Assembly: GCA_964447495.1 (NCBI GenBank)
Contig: CAYUTF010000010.1
Location: forward strand, 5,422 to 46,373
DNA: 40,952 nt
Direction: 5' to 3'
From: an uncultured archaeon
Lineage (GTDB): Archaea > Asgardarchaeota > Lokiarchaeia > Sigyniarchaeales > SOKP01
Below the pieces are notes generated by a model. The model searched no databases and was not told the origin of the DNA. It saw only the letters and a list, made by a program, of their open reading frames with translations. This document shows, piece after piece, positions 37,188 through 40,952 of the stretch. Position 1 is the first letter of the stretch, and each line of letters opens with the position of its first letter. Position numbers and translations under genes: made by a program.

Positions 37188-37787
37188 ATGGAGTATGTCA
37201 AAGTTAAGAAAAAAAGAGTGTATATTGATAATGGATATTTATATTTAGAAAGTTTTAATATTGATAAAATTGCAGATATTAAAAGATTGAAAAAATATCC
37301 TAATTTAAGGGAACTCTATTTAGAAAAAAATAACATTAAATCAATTGAAAACTTAGATCATTTAGTTAAATTAAAGAAATTGCACTTAGAAGCTAATAAA
37401 ATTACAGATATTAAAAATTTAGACGCATTAAAACAGTTAGAAGAACTTGAATTAGGAGGAAACCAAATTTCTGTAATAAAGGGGCTGAATCGTCTAAAAA
37501 ACCTCAAATCATTGTTAATAAATAATAATAGGATAAAAAAAGTAGAAGGATTAGAGAACTTAACCAATCTGGAATACTTAGACCTAAATACTAATTTGAT
37601 AGAAAATATAAATGGCTTAGAAAAGTTAATAAATCTTAAGAAATTGAACCTTTCGAATAATCAAATAAAAGATTTTAACATACTATCTAATTTGATTAAT
37701 TTGGAAGTTCTAGATATAACTGGAAATCCTACTACAAACATTGAATTTCAAAGAATACTCAAAAACCTGAAGAGAATCGAATATTAG
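37188..37787 (+). CDS. Leucine-rich repeat protein (SDS22-like 22-aa repeats)
   Basis: About 7 repeats of LxxLxLxxNxIxxIxxLxxLx. Confidence 0.92.
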   Translation: MEYVKVKKKRVYIDNGYLYLESFNIDKIADIKRLKKYPNLRELYLEKNNIKSIENLDHLVKLKKLHLEANKITDIKNLDALKQLEELELGGNQISVIKGLNRLKNLKSLLINNNRIKKVEGLENLTNLEYLDLNTNLIENINGLEKLINLKKLNLSNNQIKDFNILSNLINLEVLDITGNPTTNIEFQRILKNLKRIEY

Positions 37788-37907
37788 TGGATATTTGAAA
37801 TCTGGTTTAATAAAATTATAAATTAATAAAATTACTTCACTTTAGATAACGTTTAATTACATCTTTCTTAAAATTATATTAGTATAGATTATTAAATGTG
37901 ACTAATT

Positions 37908-39017
37908 TTGAATGGAGAAATCATTTTTCTTCGATTAACAGATGTAGGACGGAAAATTGATCTAAAAAGGGCTTCAAATATATTTCTTGGTACTCTTGAT
38001 AAGCAAATAGCAAAAAGTAAGGATACTCCTTCATATTTAGATTTTCCAAAATCTCTTAATTCAGTGATAAGTCAAGATATTAATTCCGATTCTAATTATA
38101 TAACAAATATTACTCTACAAGTGAAATTATACGAAGAAGGTGTGATCAGCATAATTGCGCGATTAAACTTTAAAGAAACACCCTTAGAAAAATTGCACAC
38201 TATTAAAAAAACTCTTTTATCCACGCCTGATGGAACTTTTACTGTTAATGACTTTTTAAAATTTCAATTCGCTAAATTTTTTTCTCAGATTAAAGGATGC
38301 ATAGAAGAAGAAGGATATATTTTAGGAGTTTCAAAGCATGAAAAATATGTTTTATATTGTATAACGGATGATATTGATGATCCTCGAGCATTTATAGGAC
38401 AAAATAAAAGCTATTTTGCTACTCTTTTAATGGGAGAGAATCCTAATATAAATTTGCATCAAGATCAAATAGATTCTACACTTTCAAATTCGTTTTCATA
38501 TTTAAAAAATGACTATCTTATTTTTGACTTCGACAGAACACTAATAATCGATCCTAACCGTGATTATTATGATATTTTATTAATAACTGAAATTGCTAAT
38601 TACCAACTACTTGAATTACGTACTTTAGATTATCTTTTGGATAAACGGTTAGCAATCGCAGAAGAAGATATTCGCCATATATATTTAAAAAGACGGTCAT
38701 TCGGTCGGAGATTGAATAAAAAAGTTGGAAATTTACAGAGATTAAGTTATGACTTTATATTCGTCTTAGAGAATATTGAAAATGTTTCAAAATTAATAGG
38801 AGATTATTATTTGGTTCAAATATATACTAATTTATCCAAATTATTTGAATTGGGCCATTGGAGTGAGAGCATAAGGCACAGACTTGAATCTATAGAAGAT
38901 ATTTATAAGATTGCTCAAACCAATTTTAATGAACGTTTTCTTTTGTATGTTGAGGTATTGCTTAGTTTTATCTTTATTATGGAATTTATCTTACTCATAA
39001 TAGACCAATTTAAATGA
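37908..39017 (+). CDS. RMD1/DUF155-like protein with one C-terminal TM
   Basis: DVGRKIDL, GVISI, QLLELRTLDYLLD, ENVSKLIGDYYL..IY, W..SI..RL; C-terminal hydrophobic helix. Confidence 0.6.
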   Translation: MNGEIIFLRLTDVGRKIDLKRASNIFLGTLDKQIAKSKDTPSYLDFPKSLNSVISQDINSDSNYITNITLQVKLYEEGVISIIARLNFKETPLEKLHTIKKTLLSTPDGTFTVNDFLKFQFAKFFSQIKGCIEEEGYILGVSKHEKYVLYCITDDIDDPRAFIGQNKSYFATLLMGENPNINLHQDQIDSTLSNSFSYLKNDYLIFDFDRTLIIDPNRDYYDILLITEIANYQLLELRTLDYLLDKRLAIAEEDIRHIYLKRRSFGRRLNKKVGNLQRLSYDFIFVLENIENVSKLIGDYYLVQIYTNLSKLFELGHWSESIRHRLESIEDIYKIAQTNFNERFLLYVEVLLSFIFIMEFILLIIDQFK

Positions 39018-39090
39018 ACAGTTTCTTTTATTTGATGAGATATTGCTTACTTTTATCCTTATTATGGAATTCATCTTACTCATATTAGAT
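38921..39090 (+). repeat. Imperfect tandem duplication, 2 x 85 bp
   Basis: 38921-39005 versus 39006-39090: ungapped, 73/85 identical by manual alignment. Confidence 0.9.
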
Positions 39091-39155
39091 CATACAGGTT
39101 AAATTCAAATAATTAATTAATAAAAAAATTACGCATTTACAAATGAAATATGTGA

Positions 39156-39953
39156 TTATTTCAAAAATTCTTTAATATAGTTAATAACTTTAGCTGAATC
39201 TGGCTGGAAAAATATATGTGCACTGTTATCTAGTAGAATAACTTTTGAATTGGGAATCCTTTTGGCTATTATATCAGCATTTTCATATGGTATAAGAATG
39301 TCTTTTTTTCCGTGAATTATTAGAGTAGGTACTGTTACTTTTTTTAATTTTAGACAAATATTAAAATTCAATATAGCTTTTACCTGACGTTGGAAGATAT
39401 CAGGAGCTATCGGTGATTTGAGTAATTCCTGTTTATAATATTCTATAAAATCTGGATTATTCTTGATGAAATTTTCAGTATAGAGGAGCGGAATTGTACC
39501 ATTAATCAACTCTTCTGGAGTCATATCGTCTTTAGGCGTACGGAGTATCTCAATGACTTCCGCTGAAGGAGGAATCTGTTTGGATCCTCCACAATTAGTA
39601 CATCCTAGAATCAGTTTTTCTATTCTTTCAGGATAATTAAGAGTTAATTCTTGCGCAATCATCCCTCCCATAGAAATCCCCAAAACATGAAATCGCTTAA
39701 AACCTAATGCGTCCATCAAACCTGCTGTATCATCTGCAAGCATTTTAATTGAAAAATCAATATCCGTTTTACTTGTTTTACCCGTCCCTCGATTATCAAA
39801 GATTACTAACTTGAAATCTTCTGCTAAACTCTCTATTACGTCTTTCGTCCACCAATCTATATTTGCAGACAATCCAATAATCATAACAAGGGGAAATCCC
39901 TCTCCATAAACCTCATAATAGATATTAATATCATTAACTTCTATTTTTGGCAT
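39156..39953 (-). CDS. Alpha/beta hydrolase
   Basis: FDNRGTG, nucleophile GISMGG, HGKKD, SAH. Confidence 0.92.
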   Translation of the reverse strand: MPKIEVNDINIYYEVYGEGFPLVMIIGLSANIDWWTKDVIESLAEDFKLVIFDNRGTGKTSKTDIDFSIKMLADDTAGLMDALGFKRFHVLGISMGGMIAQELTLNYPERIEKLILGCTNCGGSKQIPPSAEVIEILRTPKDDMTPEELINGTIPLLYTENFIKNNPDFIEYYKQELLKSPIAPDIFQRQVKAILNFNICLKLKKVTVPTLIIHGKKDILIPYENADIIAKRIPNSKVILLDNSAHIFFQPDSAKVINYIKEFLK

Positions 39954-40129
39954 TATATCACATTTTATGCAAATTAATTATTTCTAATGTAATGTATTAT
40001 GATTTCCGATAATTTAAATCTTCAATGAAAATTGAGAAATTGGACTACTGCAATTTCAAATACCCTTTTAATTTTTCAATCATATAATTAATCTACTTTA
40101 CGATTAAATTAAGAAGTGAGAATAAAATC

Positions 40130-40591
40130 ATGAAAAAGATTTGGATAATCCATAGTTCTGATTATGGAAATTCTGAGAAAATTGCAAAACAACTTGCGGA
40201 AGGGTTAAAAGATATTTATGATGTAAGTGTAGATCATATTAAAAATATTACTCCTGAGCAAGTTGCTAATGATGAGCCTTATGGCTTGATTGCAGCAATT
40301 CGAATCCTCCAATTTAGCTCAGATAGAAAGGTTAGAAAGTTTCTCAAAAACTTAAATGAATCACTAAAAAAACCAATTTCAAAATTTGCCTACTTCTCCA
40401 CTCACGCTCTGAAATGGAAAAAATTCTTCATACGGGGAATAAAAAAAACTGTAAAAAAGGTTGGTTGTTTCGAGGAAGTTTGTCCTGAATATCTTGAAGT
40501 AAGATTGCAAGGCGCAGAGGGGCCCTTTAGGGAGGGAGAAGAGGCAAAAGTAAAAGAATACCTTATAACCTTACGAACTTTTTTACAATAA
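40130..40591 (+). CDS. Flavodoxin-like fold protein
   Basis: IIHSSDYGNSEKIAKQLAEG phosphate loop, FAYFST, GP..EGE. Confidence 0.8.
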   Translation: MKKIWIIHSSDYGNSEKIAKQLAEGLKDIYDVSVDHIKNITPEQVANDEPYGLIAAIRILQFSSDRKVRKFLKNLNESLKKPISKFAYFSTHALKWKKFFIRGIKKTVKKVGCFEEVCPEYLEVRLQGAEGPFREGEEAKVKEYLITLRTFLQ

Positions 40592-40676
40592 AGTAATTTA
40601 CCCTTTTTTTTATTTTTTAGCAATTTTTTAAAATTTTGTATAAAGAATTTTAAATAAAAGAGATGTGGTGATATCA

Positions 40677-40952
40677 GTGACCTTGAGTTTTATACAGATT
40701 GTGAATGGATGTTTTAGTCTTATATTTGTAATTATCTCAGTTGTAATTGCTATATTATTCTTATTTAAATATCGTCAATATAAGAATAAATTGATTTTAT
40801 TATTTGGGATTGTATTATTGATGCTCATTTCTTCATGGTATGCAAGTTCGAGCTCTTTTATTATTGCACTTGTTTTAAATGGAACGGGGTATATGACAAC
40901 TCCATATATTTACTTTATAATAGGGTTTACTCCACTTCCAATAGCAGCTTAT
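40677..40952 (+). CDS. Multi-pass membrane protein, N-terminal part (runs off the window)
   Basis: Not in the ORF track. GGTGA at 40667 then GTG at 40677; 92 open codons MTLSFIQIVNGCFSLIFVIISVVIAILFLFKYRQYK... with about 3 TMs. Confidence 0.75.
   Translation, partial: MTLSFIQIVNGCFSLIFVIISVVIAILFLFKYRQYKNKLILLFGIVLLMLISSWYASSSSFIIALVLNGTGYMTTPYIYFIIGFTPLPIAAY

Noticed and set aside
38921-39090. Diversity-generating retroelement TR/VR pair
   Set aside because: Only 5 of the 12 mismatches have A in copy 2 and no strand gives an adenine-only pattern; no reverse transcriptase is in the window; the region encodes a TM helix, not a CLec/Ig domain.
1722-40623. Other short overlapping ORFs in the track (e.g. 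1722, 5503, 9420, 11240, 13470, 15477, 16730, 18991, 20609, 24634, 31382, 33867, 37358, 40402)
   Set aside because: They lie antisense to or overlap well-supported genes and carry no recognisable motifs.
1-40952. CRISPR array, IS elements, rRNA
   Set aside because: No regularly spaced repeats, transposase ORFs with terminal inverted repeats, or long GC-rich structured RNA tracts were seen.

Overview
AT-rich archaeal chromosomal window, most consistent with a Lokiarchaeia (Asgard) genome. The assignment rests on a gelsolin+domain X protein, longin-fold domains, Loki-CTERM-like anchors, a non-pyrrolysine MttB/corrinoid cluster and an archaeal-style tRNA-Leu(CAG) without encoded CCA. It holds about 40 CDSs and one tRNA; I saw no transposase, integrase, CRISPR array or rRNA. 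Main modules: (1) an orphan N6-adenine DNA methyltransferase and trmO; (2) two tandem 7TM + longin-like proteins; (3) divergent mttB/corrinoid operons coupled to a divergent Met/Cys PLP lyase; (4) a gelsolin-like protein, tRNA-Leu and a P1B ATPase; (5) a kinase-like gene and a coupled pair of coiled-coil + winged-helix genes; (6) an ECF transporter operon with surface proteins of the molybdopterin-oxidoreductase fold lacking the Mo-binding Cys, a DOMON-like protein and a ModE-like box upstream, which is the best candidate for an undescribed system (Mo/W-cofactor scavenging); (7) a MoxR-vWA pair whose junction fits a -1 frameshift or an ATA start; (8) PolX; (9) an arsP/arsR/thioredoxin/DGC cluster; (10) LRR, RMD1-like, hydrolase and flavodoxin genes. 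All family calls come from motif recognition by eye; no database search was run.
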